Positions 19,405-29,819 of a stretch of 64,000 nt of DNA are shown here, piece after piece. The DNA lies in contig JALWXN010000004.1 of the NCBI GenBank assembly GCA_027078545.1, positions 992,001 through 1,056,000 on the forward strand, in the 5' to 3' direction. The notes beneath the pieces are model-generated. The model saw only the letters and a list, made by a program, of their open reading frames with translations. It did no database searches and was not told where the DNA came from. Numbering within the stretch: position 1 is the stretch's first letter; the number at the start of each line of letters is the position of its first letter. A program made the position numbers and the translations under genes. This DNA is from Nitrososphaeria archaeon. GTDB taxonomy: Archaea > Thermoproteota > Nitrososphaeria > Geothermarchaeales > JDFR-13.

Positions 19405-20483
19405 GATCCAGTATCGATCAGGACCGGGGCCTCTACATCCCTCCACCTGAGGACAAAGTTGAGCTTATACCCACACCTGGGGCATCTACCATCCCTATCC
19501 AGCTCGAACCTAGTGATGTAGAAGCCATATCTATCCACAACCTTGTAGCCACAGCCTGGGCAGTAGGTATCCTCATAGGGATGGCCCCAGACATTCCCTA
19601 TATAGACGTGGTGAAGCCCCATAGACCTAGCCCTCTCCACATACTTCTCGAGGAGCTCCACAGGTGTGTGGGGCACATCCATCATCCTATAGTCGGGGTG
19701 GAAGCGTAGGAAGTGTAGAGGAGTCTCTGGCCCAAGCTCGTCATGTACGAACCTAACCAGCCTCTCAAAACTCTCCTCCCTAAGACCCTCCTTAACCGGG
19801 ACGACTAGATCCGTAACCTCTATGAATATCCCACGCCTCCTCATCTCCCTAAGCGACTCGAAGATATCCTCGGCATCCTTCACCCAGATATACTTCCTGT
19901 AGAAGGCCCTGTCCCCATGCCCCTTAAAATCGACGGTGGCCGCATCCAGGTCACGGCTAATCTCCCCAAGCGCCTCAACCGTCATATACCCATTCGTCAC
20001 CCACGTGTTAAAGAGCCCCCTACTATGTGCCAGAGCCATGACGTCCATGGCATACTCCGCGAATATCGTGGGCTCGTTATAGGTGTATGATATCCCCGAG
20101 GCACCCCTCCTAATAGCCTCCTCCACCACATACTCAGGAGGTGTATAGGGCTCCTCCACACGCCTCCTCTGGCTTATATCCCAGTTCTGACAGTACTGAC
20201 AGGCATAGTTACATCCCGCAGTAGCTATTGAGGCAACCAAGGTCCCGGGCATGAAATGGCTCAACGGCTTCTTCTCAATAGGATCCACGTTCAGGGTGAC
20301 TATCCTACCATAGTTGAGGGCGTACAGCCTACCATTAACAACCTTCCTCACACCACAGAAGCCTATACCCCCCTCAGGGATACGGCAATGCCTAGCACAT
20401 AGATAGCAGTGGACCCTACCATCCTCCCTCCGCCAGAACCTAGCCTCGACAAGACCCGTCTCCACAGTCCACCTCCCACCCAT
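19401..20483 (-). CDS. amrS: AmmeMemoRadiSam system radical SAM enzyme
   Basis: CxxCxxxC N-terminus, DPIEKKPLSHF, CNYACQYCQN, YTYNEP, FHPDY, YIGNV. Confidence 0.9.
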   Translation of the reverse strand: MGGRWTVETGLVEARFWRREDGRVHCYLCARHCRIPEGGIGFCGVRKVVNGRLYALNYGRIVTLNVDPIEKKPLSHFMPGTLVASIATAGCNYACQYCQNWDISQRRRVEEPYTPPEYVVEEAIRRGASGISYTYNEPTIFAEYAMDVMALAHSRGLFNTWVTNGYMTVEALGEISRDLDAATVDFKGHGDRAFYRKYIWVKDAEDIFESLREMRRRGIFIEVTDLVVPVKEGLREESFERLVRFVHDELGPETPLHFLRFHPDYRMMDVPHTPVELLEKYVERARSMGLHHVYIGNVWGHPYEDTYCPGCGYKVVDRYGFYITRFELDRDGRCPRCGYKLNFVLRWRDVEAPVLIDTGS

Positions 20484-20526
20484 ATAGACTGGGACGGATG
20501 GTGATAAAGAATATTTAGCTATAGCC

Positions 20527-20958
20527 CTACATCAGCAACGCTGTGGTGGCTATAGCGGCGGGGCTCGCAGCTATAAGGGGGATAGCAGAGCCCTCAAGCC
20601 CGAGGAGATTCCTGAGATACGGTATGAAGAGGCCTATCGTATTCGTCATCAATACTAGCATCAGGTAGGCCGCCAATCCACCGAAGACAGATGCATAGAA
20701 GACGTAGAGGAAGTATAGGATCATATCTCCCTCCCCAAACCCCTCCCCAAGCCTGTTAAGGACTATGTAGACAGGGATGAAGATGACGATGTAGAAGGGT
20801 ATGATCTCGACGACCCTGTAGGGGAAGTGGGTCAGGGAGTAGATAACCACGGGTATAGTGGGTAGCCACATAAAGTCGTCAACATAGTAGTCAACGAAGT
20901 CGTCTATCGCCGCCGGGACCAGTGAGAGCACCAGGAATATATCTGGCAGGGTGAACAT
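20527..20958 (-). CDS. Small A24/prepilin-peptidase-like GxGD membrane protein
   Basis: Hydrophobic; first Asp cluster (AIDD..Y.VDD), GFGEGD, IPL near the C-terminus. Confidence 0.55.
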   Translation of the reverse strand: MFTLPDIFLVLSLVPAAIDDFVDYYVDDFMWLPTIPVVIYSLTHFPYRVVEIIPFYIVIFIPVYIVLNRLGEGFGEGDMILYFLYVFYASVFGGLAAYLMLVLMTNTIGLFIPYLRNLLGLEGSAIPLIAASPAAIATTALLM

Positions 20959-20967
20959 CTAATGCCT

Positions 20968-21318
20968 TTACCCTTCCACGCCCAGCTCCTTCCTCACATC
21001 CTCAGTCGCATTCTTACTCAGTATCTCGTCCTTATCGAAGACCTCCACCTCGATATCCACGGGGACGACCCTACTATCCTCGACCCTGAACCTCAGGTTG
21101 ATATTCGTCACGGCCTGCTTAGGAACCTTATACTTCTCCGCCAAGACTCGGTAGATAGCCCTGTTAACCTCGGTTATACTATCATTCAAAGCCTTGGAGT
21201 CCACCTTCCCAGCCTTGACATCATCCCTTAGTACTCCGTTGATCACCCTCCTAAGCTTCAGGGCATACCCACTGACCCTTACAGGGCCAGTTCTGACCTC
21301 GAGGACATCAGTACTCAT
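20968..21318 (-). CDS. DUF2258 / ThermoDBP-related nucleic-acid-binding protein
   Basis: TGPVRVSGYALKLRR motif, alpha/beta body, ...IEVEVF. Confidence 0.7.
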   Translation of the reverse strand: MSTDVLEVRTGPVRVSGYALKLRRVINGVLRDDVKAGKVDSKALNDSITEVNRAIYRVLAEKYKVPKQAVTNINLRFRVEDSRVVPVDIEVEVFDKDEILSKNATEDVRKELGVEG

Positions 21319-21426
21319 AGCCACCACAATAACCATAATATTATTATATCCATAGTTAATTAAGCAGGGCCCATGGATAGTCGGGGTACCCCCTTAAATA
21401 CTCGTTAGACGTGTAAAGAATACCAG

Positions 21427-24400
21427 ATGAAGACTAGACACATACACGGGATATACCTATCCGGATGCGTGGTCTGCGGAGGCCCCATAGGAGACGACAG
21501 GCTAATGATGGGCCTCCCATGTAGGGGATGCATACCCGATAAAGACCTTGAGAGGCTCGGCCCCAGACCAAGCCTCCTAGAGATAGACAGGTATATCAGG
21601 GATAGGGGGGTCGAGCCCAGCCAGACATTCAGGCTAATGGTTGAGGTGGAGAGGAAAACCAAGGAGTTTAGAGATCTCTTCCAGAGGGCCGTGGGTAACA
21701 GGCCCTGGTCCGCCCAGCTAACCTGGGCGAGGCGAGTATTCAAGAAGGAGAGCTTCTCGATAGTCGCTCCCACCGGTATCGGGAAGACAGTCTTCGGGAT
21801 AGTCATGAGCATATATAAGACCTACATAGAGCTGGAGAGGGGGAGGGACAGGGACAAGGCATACATAGTCCTCCCCACGACAGCCCTGGTCAAACAGGTC
21901 TACCAGAAGACCCTCCAGTTCCTCGATAGGCTCGGTCTGGACCCCAGCTACGTAGTGGCATACCACAGCGACCTCAGGACCAGGGAGAGGAGGGAGGTTG
22001 TGGAGAAGATAGTGAGTGGAGACTTCAAGATACTGATAACGACCAACCAGTTCCTATCCACTAGGTTCGACCTACTCAGCGACAAGAAGTTCGAGTTCAT
22101 ATTCGTAGACGACGTAGACGCGGTGCTTAGGAGCAGCAAGAACATAGAGAACATCATAATCCTACTGATGCGCCGCGGCAGATCAAAGGCGGAGACCCTG
22201 AGGAAGGACCTCAAGAACATCCTTGAGGCCCTGATAGAGATTAGGAGGGCTAACCGTGAGGGAGACCCCGAGAAGATAGCCGAGTATAGGCGTAGGGTGG
22301 AGGAGATAAAGGAGCGGATGAGGGCTATAGGGACACTAGTCATCTCAAGCGCCACCGGGAGGCCCCGGGGGATAAAGGTCAAGCTATTTAAGGAGCTCCT
22401 AGGCTTCGAGGTGGGCCTGAGGAGCGAGACGATAAGGAACATAGTGGACACCTACCTCATCGTGGATGACGAGGAGGAGGCGCTGGAGAAGCTTGTATAC
22501 TACACAAAGACCCTGGGTAGTGGCGGCCTGATATACGTCCCCGTGGACAAGGGGATAGAGTATGCAAAGAGGCTTGCAGAACACCTGGCAAACAGGGGTA
22601 TAAAGGCCGACTACATGGCTAGTGGTAGGCTAACACCCCTGGAGAAGTTCCTCACAGGCGAGCTAGACGTCTTGATAGGGGTCTCGATCTACTACGGCGT
22701 CATGGTCAGGGGGCTCGACTACCCAGAGCATATTAGATACGCCATATTCCTAGGAGTCCCACGCTTCAGGTTCAGCGCGAGGCTTGCTGAGCCCAACGTC
22801 AGCCAGATAGCGAAGACGCTGAACATCCTGAAGGACATCGTACCCCAGGAGGAGATAGGCTACTGGCTCCGACTGGCAAACAAGATCGTGAAGACCGGGA
22901 CAATATACTACATCAGGAAGCTAAACGAGGTTCTACAGGGGGCTAGGGAGCCGGAGACAAAGACTGAGAGGGAGCTCCTAAAGGCTCTACAGTACATCAG
23001 GGAGAGGCTTGCCCAGGAGGAGGTCAGGGAGGCCCTAAAGAAGCATCCAGACGTGGTGATCGAGGAGGAGGGTGGCGAGCTATACCTCGTCATACCAGAT
23101 GTATATACCTATATACAGGCTAGTGGGAGGACGAGTAGGCTATACGCAGGAGGAGTCACCAAGGGCCTATCACTAGTCATAGAGACGGAGGAGAAGCTCC
23201 TAAAGATACTGATCAGGAGGATGGAGATAGTCTTCGAGGAGGCCAGGTGGAGAAGTATAGACGAGGTAGATCTGGATAAGCTCCTCAGGGAGATAGACGA
23301 GGATAGGCAGAGGGTCGTCATGGTGAGGACGGGCCAGCTAAAGGCGGAGTTCAGAGACCCGATCAGACCCATACTGATAATAGTGGAGAGCCCTAACAAG
23401 GCCCGGACCATAGCCAGGTTCTTCGGAAGGCCGAGCACCAGGAGGAGGAATGGACACCTAGTATACGAGGTGACCACGGGAGACATGTTGATATCCGTCA
23501 CCGCCACCGGAGGCCACATATACGACATCGTTGAGAGGCTGGATGAGGAGACCCTAAATAGGATAACCAGCCTACTCGGGGAGGAGCTCGAGAACGTCTA
23601 TGGCGTCCTTAGAGGCAGGGGGAGATACATCCCCGTCTATGGGAGGATAAAGATATGTAGGAATGGCCATCAATACATAGTCCCCGAGAAATACGTGATA
23701 GACGGGGAGACATACGAGGTCTGCCCCAAATGCCTCAGGAGCCTTAGGAGGAAGAGCCATAGGAAGAACCACCTAGAGAAGCTCAGGCTCGAGATCCCAC
23801 TCCTAGCAAGCGACGTGAGGGACAAGGGAGAGGCGGTAGACTTCATCAGGGGGATAGCCTCCGAGGTCGAGACGGTACTCGTGGGGACAGACCCCGACAC
23901 AGAGGGTGAGAAGATAGGCTGGGACATAGCCTCACTCGTAAACCCCTTCGCCAGGGAGATGCATAGGATAGAGTTCCACGAGGTGACCAGGAGGGCGATA
24001 TCAAACGCAATACGGGAGAAGAGGGAGCTCAACGAGAAGCTGGTGGAGGCACAGCTCGTCAGGAGGATAGAGGACCGCTGGATAGGCTTCGAACTATCCA
24101 GGAGGATCTACGGCGAGATATCTAGGGAGAGGGATAGCTGGTTAGTCCAGACCCTACAGGGCGGGTGGAGCGCCGGCCGTGTACAGACACCGGTACTGGG
24201 ATGGATAGTGAACAGGACAGAGGAGGCGGACCGCAACAAGAAGCAAGGTATTAGGCTGAGCATACCCAGCCTCGACATAGTGGTCTGGCTAACCTACGAC
24301 GAGCTCAGGAGGCTGGGTATAGACCCGGGCGAGATCCCACGTAGGACAGAGGATGGTGGGGACGGGGAGAGGGACGTAGACACAGAGATACTCCTCAGGC

Positions 24401-25398
24401 TAGAGATTGGAGATACATATACAGCGGAGGCCAAGCCACCACCCCCACTAACCACCGACTCCCTCCTAAGAGAGGCCTCGAGGCTATACGGGATGGACAG
24501 TAGAAAGACGATGAGGATAGCCCAGGAGCTCTTCGAGTCTGGACTAATAACCTACCACAGGACAGACAGTACAAGGATATCCGAGGAGGGCATGGGGATA
24601 GCTAGGAAATACCTAGAGACACGCTACGGAGAGGAGGGGCTGAAGGACTACTACCCGAGGAGGTGGGGCGAGGGAGGTGCCCACGAGGCGATACGCCCGA
24701 CAAGGCCCCTAGACGTAGACACCCTGATAGACATGGTGAGCCAGGGAGACCTGATGATACCTATAAACCTGACCCGGGACCACCTAAGGATCTACGGCCT
24801 AATCTTCGACCGCTTCATACTCAGCCAGCTAGCACCTGCCAGGTTGACTAAGAGGGTCGTAAAACTCCTATACCGGGATAGGGAGATCTACAGCACAGAG
24901 ATAACTACTGGGGCCGATACACCGGTGAAGGAGAGGTTCTACAGCATAGCCCACCCGATCAAGAAGATCGAGCTGAGGGAGGGCTACGTCAAGGCACTGG
25001 CAAGGCATGGGACTGTCTACCTAGTCAGGTTCTACACCGAGGGAGAGGTCATCGAGGAGATGAAGAGGAAGGGTATAGGGAGGCCCAGCACATACGCCAG
25101 CATAATACAGACGCTTAAGGAGAGGAGGTATGTAAAGGCTGTTCTTAGGATCTACCTCCTAGCCACCCTAAAGGGTAAGAAGGCCTACCGCATACTAAGC
25201 ACGAAGTATGGAGACCTAGTCTCTGAGGAGAGGACCAGGTTCGTCCAGATGCTTATGGACATGATCGAGAGGGGTGAGAAGGACTATATATCCGTCCTGG
25301 ACGAGCTATACGAGGAGATAGAGTATCTCAGGCATCGGGACTCGACGGAGGCCCAGTCCGAGGAGGTAAGGACTGCGGGCCCAAGGATGAGGCCCTAG
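21427..25398 (+). CDS. rgy: Reverse gyrase
   Basis: N-terminal Zn finger, APTGIGKT, DDVD, QASGRTSR helicase motifs fused to a type IA topoisomerase (ESPNKA, DPDTEGE, SAGRVQ, ITYHRTD, GRPSTY). Confidence 0.97.
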   Translation: MKTRHIHGIYLSGCVVCGGPIGDDRLMMGLPCRGCIPDKDLERLGPRPSLLEIDRYIRDRGVEPSQTFRLMVEVERKTKEFRDLFQRAVGNRPWSAQLTWARRVFKKESFSIVAPTGIGKTVFGIVMSIYKTYIELERGRDRDKAYIVLPTTALVKQVYQKTLQFLDRLGLDPSYVVAYHSDLRTRERREVVEKIVSGDFKILITTNQFLSTRFDLLSDKKFEFIFVDDVDAVLRSSKNIENIIILLMRRGRSKAETLRKDLKNILEALIEIRRANREGDPEKIAEYRRRVEEIKERMRAIGTLVISSATGRPRGIKVKLFKELLGFEVGLRSETIRNIVDTYLIVDDEEEALEKLVYYTKTLGSGGLIYVPVDKGIEYAKRLAEHLANRGIKADYMASGRLTPLEKFLTGELDVLIGVSIYYGVMVRGLDYPEHIRYAIFLGVPRFRFSARLAEPNVSQIAKTLNILKDIVPQEEIGYWLRLANKIVKTGTIYYIRKLNEVLQGAREPETKTERELLKALQYIRERLAQEEVREALKKHPDVVIEEEGGELYLVIPDVYTYIQASGRTSRLYAGGVTKGLSLVIETEEKLLKILIRRMEIVFEEARWRSIDEVDLDKLLREIDEDRQRVVMVRTGQLKAEFRDPIRPILIIVESPNKARTIARFFGRPSTRRRNGHLVYEVTTGDMLISVTATGGHIYDIVERLDEETLNRITSLLGEELENVYGVLRGRGRYIPVYGRIKICRNGHQYIVPEKYVIDGETYEVCPKCLRSLRRKSHRKNHLEKLRLEIPLLASDVRDKGEAVDFIRGIASEVETVLVGTDPDTEGEKIGWDIASLVNPFAREMHRIEFHEVTRRAISNAIREKRELNEKLVEAQLVRRIEDRWIGFELSRRIYGEISRERDSWLVQTLQGGWSAGRVQTPVLGWIVNRTEEADRNKKQGIRLSIPSLDIVVWLTYDELRRLGIDPGEIPRRTEDGGDGERDVDTEILLRLEIGDTYTAEAKPPPPLTTDSLLREASRLYGMDSRKTMRIAQELFESGLITYHRTDSTRISEEGMGIARKYLETRYGEEGLKDYYPRRWGEGGAHEAIRPTRPLDVDTLIDMVSQGDLMIPINLTRDHLRIYGLIFDRFILSQLAPARLTKRVVKLLYRDREIYSTEITTGADTPVKERFYSIAHPIKKIELREGYVKALARHGTVYLVRFYTEGEVIEEMKRKGIGRPSTYASIIQTLKERRYVKAVLRIYLLATLKGKKAYRILSTKYGDLVSEERTRFVQMLMDMIERGEKDYISVLDELYEEIEYLRHRDSTEAQSEEVRTAGPRMRP

Positions 25399-25423
25399 AC
25401 TTATATAGCCGATCCATAGGCTA

Positions 25424-26167
25424 GTGATTAATATGCAGAGCCTCATAGAGAGCCTCCTAGAAGTCATCGACAGCCACGTATCGATAAGGAGGTATAAGCC
25501 CCACGAGATGGACGACGAGACCCTTGAGAAGCTGATATACGCCGGGATAAGGGCCCCATCATCCGCCAACCTACAGCCCTACACCATCATAGCCGTTAGG
25601 GACCAGGCCAAGAAGGACATAATAGCAGAGCTATGTGGGAACCAGCCCCACATAAGGCAGTGCTCAGTATTCCTACTATTCACAGCCGACTACTATAGGG
25701 CCTCTAAGGCGATGGAGAAGCTAGGTATAGAGCCGGCCCAACCAAACATATATGGACTATACGTAGCCGCGGTTGATGCAGCCCTAGCAGCCCAGAACAT
25801 AGCATTAGCAGCCGAGGCAATGGGCTATGGAATATGCTACATAGGAGCGGTCCAGAACAATCCATGCAGAATAGCAGAGCTCCTAGGCCTACCCGAGAAG
25901 ACATACCCACTCTTCGGAATGACTATAGGCGTCCCCGACGAGGAGCCGCCCAAGAGGCTTAGACTCCCAGTCAAGACCATACTGCATAGGGAGGCCTATG
26001 AAGGGGCCAAGGAGGAGAGCGTCATCAACACCTATAGGGAGGCGGGCCACCTAGACAGCCTGGTGAGACGGTTCAAGAGATACCTATCGATAGAGGGCGG
26101 CATAGCCAGGAGATTCCCCAGCTTCATAGAGTGCCTCGAGAAGAGGGGGTTCAGGACTACCCCCTAA
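25424..26167 (+). CDS. NfsA/FRP-type NADPH-flavin nitroreductase
   Basis: HVSIRRY, APSSANLQPY, DAALAAQN, GICYIG, RLP. Confidence 0.88.
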   Translation: MINMQSLIESLLEVIDSHVSIRRYKPHEMDDETLEKLIYAGIRAPSSANLQPYTIIAVRDQAKKDIIAELCGNQPHIRQCSVFLLFTADYYRASKAMEKLGIEPAQPNIYGLYVAAVDAALAAQNIALAAEAMGYGICYIGAVQNNPCRIAELLGLPEKTYPLFGMTIGVPDEEPPKRLRLPVKTILHREAYEGAKEESVINTYREAGHLDSLVRRFKRYLSIEGGIARRFPSFIECLEKRGFRTTP

Positions 26168-27044
26168 CCCTAAACTCCTCGCTGAAGGCCTCCTCAAGGA
26201 TCCTGAGCCTGTTATACCTCCTGACAAACTCCTCCGCCGATAAGGATCCAGCCCTAAACTCCTCGACAAGCCTCTCCATCTCCACCCTGATCTCCTCCAG
26301 CCTCCTACGTATATAGTCGGAGACAGACTTCTCCATATCGGCCATCGAGGTGACCTCTGCCGGGCGGTATGTACCAACTACCCTCCCATCCTCCAGGAGG
26401 ACAACCCTGTCAGCCTCCCTAGCAACCCTAGGGTCATGGGTATTCACGACGACGGTCTTACCCCTAGCCACCTCGTCACGGAGTAGTCCGACAACCCTAC
26501 GGATATTCTCACCATCAAGCTCAGCAGTCGGCTCGTCAGCCAGTATAATGTCGGGGTCGTTGGCCAGGGCGGCCGCGATAGCGACCCTCTGCTGCTCACC
26601 CCCACTAAGCTCCTCCACAAGCTTGTCAAGCTTATCCCTGATACCAAGCCTCTCAGCCAGTGCCTCTACCCTCTCCCTCCTCTCACGCTCCGGTATCCCG
26701 AGTACAGACATGGGGAGCTCGATATTCTCCCTAGCAGTCAGCCTATGAACCAGGTTGAGGAACTGGAACACCACGCCGATCCTCCTAAGCCTAAGCTCCT
26801 CAAGCTCATCCTCCCTCATAGCTGAGAGGCTCCTACCCTCCAGCAGGACACGCCCCGAGCTGGGCATGTCGAGGCCCGACAATAGGTTTAGGAGCGTGGT
26901 CTTACCACTCCCACTTGGCCCCATAACAACTAGGAACTCTCCACGGTAGACCTCCAGTGAGACGCCGCGCAGCGCCACTACTCCCGACTCCCCCATGGGG
27001 TAGACCTTAACGACATCCTCCACGACATAGATCGGGTCAGCCAA
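26157..27044 (-). CDS. ABC transporter ATP-binding protein (LolD/MacB type) with a C-terminal helical tail
   Basis: GPSGSGKT, LSGGEQQR, ADEPT, THD. Confidence 0.92.
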   Translation of the reverse strand: MADPIYVVEDVVKVYPMGESGVVALRGVSLEVYRGEFLVVMGPSGSGKTTLLNLLSGLDMPSSGRVLLEGRSLSAMREDELEELRLRRIGVVFQFLNLVHRLTARENIELPMSVLGIPERERRERVEALAERLGIRDKLDKLVEELSGGEQQRVAIAAALANDPDIILADEPTAELDGENIRRVVGLLRDEVARGKTVVVNTHDPRVAREADRVVLLEDGRVVGTYRPAEVTSMADMEKSVSDYIRRRLEEIRVEMERLVEEFRAGSLSAEEFVRRYNRLRILEEAFSEEFRVRG

Positions 27045-29745
27045 CCCTACTCACCTCCAGGGTCACCCTCCTACCCAGGCGGGAGACATATACATAGGGT
27101 ATGATAAGCGCCAAGACGAGGGAGACCACCATGACTACCAGGTTAAGCTCGTTGAGGATTAGGGGGTAGATCACCAGCCTATCAACCGTTACAAACGTAT
27201 TTATGAACTGGTTACTACTCCCATAGCCCCCTATGAAGCCGGAGACTAGACCCACCGCAACGCTGAATATTATGACTGGCAAGATGAGTGAGTAGACGAT
27301 CCTAACAGTGTATCTACCCATACCCCTAGCCTTCAACACAGCTATATCCCTCCTGAGGCTCCTCATATAGACCGACGATGCCAGTACCATGACTATCACG
27401 ACGAGGCCAGCGCTATACACGTTGAAGGGGTAGAGGATCCTCTGGGACTGGCCAAACGTCTCTAGGAAGACGGCCTCCGGTGAGGAGGAGCGTCCAAAAC
27501 CCGCCAACGCCTGGCCAGCATCCTCGAAGACCTGCATCACAGTTGTTAGCCTAACAGGCTCCCTAGACAGTATCCTGAAGGAGACTAAGGTATGTTGGGG
27601 CAGCCTATACTCCCGGACATTATCGTAGTGGGTCACAATCCCGTATACCAGGCCCCTAGGATCTATTAGGAGGTAGCCATCTATAGCCAGCCTGATACCC
27701 TCCTCATCCGGCGAGTACTCGCCCTCCCAGGCGGGGACAATCAGCAGCTCAACATCCTCGGGATACTCTCCGAAGAGACTCTCAAACATCGATGCGAACC
27801 TCCCAGTTGCATATACCCCCTCCTCGAGATCCGCCTCACCAGTGGAGAACATCCAGTCCTTCAGATTGAATATGGAATCCACCCTATCACTCGGGATGAG
27901 GATGCCTAGCGTCACCTCAGTAACCATCCCCTTATGATTAATGTAGGAGGGGATATCCATGACTAGGAGGGCGGGCTCAGACAGGGAGCTGTTGAGGAGT
28001 GTCCCAAGCCTGTCACCCAGCTCCCCAACCGTCGTCTCATTGACCACACGCATATAGATAGAGTATTCATACTCATACTGGGAGGCCCCTGTATAGTCGT
28101 TGATGAAGGCTATAGACCTACCCATAAAGACCATGTAGTACATCATGAGGAATAGGATAAGAGCCACGAGGAAGGCTGTCTTTGGGATCATCCCGGGAAG
28201 CCTCATCGAGTATCTATAGGAGATGCTCCCTACAGGCCCTGCAACAACGCTCGAGAGGGATCTGGTGAGCCTCGCTACTAATCCAGTCCTGTGGAGCACA
28301 TAGTTGATGACGAAGTAGGGGAATATCACAGGGGCGATTATCTCCATAAACCCGCTTATCATGGCATAGATAAGTAGGAGGATCCCTAGGAGGCCCATGC
28401 CGAACATGTCAGGTGAGAAGGTGAAGCCAGAGGCCCACTCAACAATCTTTAGACAGCTAAGTATGAAGAGTATCGTCACGGTGGTCGAGGGCCTCCACTC
28501 AACCCTCTCCTCCCCATGTAGATAGACCCTAGAAGCCTCCAACGGCCCCATCCTCACAATCTGGCCATACACCTTCCTATAGGCCAGGAGAACAAACAAG
28601 GAGCCAAGGACAACCGTAGCCAACAAGACGTCTAGGGAGTAGAAGAGTGGGGAGACCTCTATAGATATCCCGACAACCCTGGCTAGGGAGTCCCCAGTCA
28701 GGCTGGCCAGTAGAATACCGATCAAGGCGGCGACTAGGAAGAGGACGATAGTCACCACCAGGAACGAGAGGGAGATACTCCTACCACCCACACCCCTAAG
28801 CCTGAGGATCCCGATATCCCTCCTATAGTTCGAGACCACGAGATCCAGCACGATATACGTCAGGTAGATGGTGGCGAAGGCATAGGGTATACTCGACCAG
28901 GCTATGGAGAAGTTTAGGGCCAGGTCTATGAAGTTGGCGAAGGTGAGCTGAGACTCGATAAGGTTGACCCATGAGACCGGGCTGTCTAGTATGGCGGTCA
29001 CCCTACCGCTCAGCTGCCCTGCCAGGGAAGCTGCATTCTCATTGATCGTCTCGACATCGAGGCCTAGATAGTCTAGGCTAACCCTGACAAGAATCTCAAG
29101 CCCACCCACAAACTCCTTATCCCCAATATCCACAAGCCCAGGCTCGAGGAAGACAGTGTCAGGCGATAGCTGGCCGACAATCGGGACCTGGGGCCCAAAG
29201 GGGGCGCCCACAAACCCTATATCAACCTCTATTACCCCCTTTACCCTGGTCTCTATACTCCCCTCCTCCCCATACAACCCTATTACAACAGGATCCCCAA
29301 TATCAATACCCGCCAAATCTGCGAAGTCGGAGGATATGTATACACCCTCCTCAATCGAGGGATCCTCACTAATAACCTGCATACCCGACAGCTCGAGGAA
29401 GGAGAGGATATCCGGATAAACAATAGCCACGTCCATGGGTCCAGACTCATTACCCACCTCTACAGATGTGGGGTAATACATGAGTAGGGCGTAGGACTCG
29501 AGCCTATCATCACCCCCAAGGAAGTCGAGGATCTCAGCCACCTCATCACCGGTATAGTCCCCCTCATACCTCATTATGAGGTGGGGCGTCACAGCATCCA
29601 CCAAGGCCCTTATCCTCTCTATCCTCATAGCGTTTGATAGAACCATGGGTGTCGAGACAATCATGGATATGAGGATGAAGATTATGAAGAGGGTTACCAG
29701 CCTATACCCAGTCCTGGCAAAGTATTTATACACCACACCAGGCAT
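27037..29745 (-). CDS. FtsX/MacB-like ABC permease (duplicated)
   Basis: Two RRDIxxLxxRG motifs, large extracellular loops, coupled to the ATPase. Confidence 0.8.
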   Translation of the reverse strand: MPGVVYKYFARTGYRLVTLFIIFILISMIVSTPMVLSNAMRIERIRALVDAVTPHLIMRYEGDYTGDEVAEILDFLGGDDRLESYALLMYYPTSVEVGNESGPMDVAIVYPDILSFLELSGMQVISEDPSIEEGVYISSDFADLAGIDIGDPVVIGLYGEEGSIETRVKGVIEVDIGFVGAPFGPQVPIVGQLSPDTVFLEPGLVDIGDKEFVGGLEILVRVSLDYLGLDVETINENAASLAGQLSGRVTAILDSPVSWVNLIESQLTFANFIDLALNFSIAWSSIPYAFATIYLTYIVLDLVVSNYRRDIGILRLRGVGGRSISLSFLVVTIVLFLVAALIGILLASLTGDSLARVVGISIEVSPLFYSLDVLLATVVLGSLFVLLAYRKVYGQIVRMGPLEASRVYLHGEERVEWRPSTTVTILFILSCLKIVEWASGFTFSPDMFGMGLLGILLLIYAMISGFMEIIAPVIFPYFVINYVLHRTGLVARLTRSLSSVVAGPVGSISYRYSMRLPGMIPKTAFLVALILFLMMYYMVFMGRSIAFINDYTGASQYEYEYSIYMRVVNETTVGELGDRLGTLLNSSLSEPALLVMDIPSYINHKGMVTEVTLGILIPSDRVDSIFNLKDWMFSTGEADLEEGVYATGRFASMFESLFGEYPEDVELLIVPAWEGEYSPDEEGIRLAIDGYLLIDPRGLVYGIVTHYDNVREYRLPQHTLVSFRILSREPVRLTTVMQVFEDAGQALAGFGRSSSPEAVFLETFGQSQRILYPFNVYSAGLVVIVMVLASSVYMRSLRRDIAVLKARGMGRYTVRIVYSLILPVIIFSVAVGLVSGFIGGYGSSNQFINTFVTVDRLVIYPLILNELNLVVMVVSLVLALIIPYVYVSRLGRRVTLEVSRVG

Positions 29746-29819
29746 ATACCCTACTCACCGCATTCCAAACATTAACGCCTTATCAAGGATATCTCTATAA
29801 GAGGTATTTATTAAGCTAA

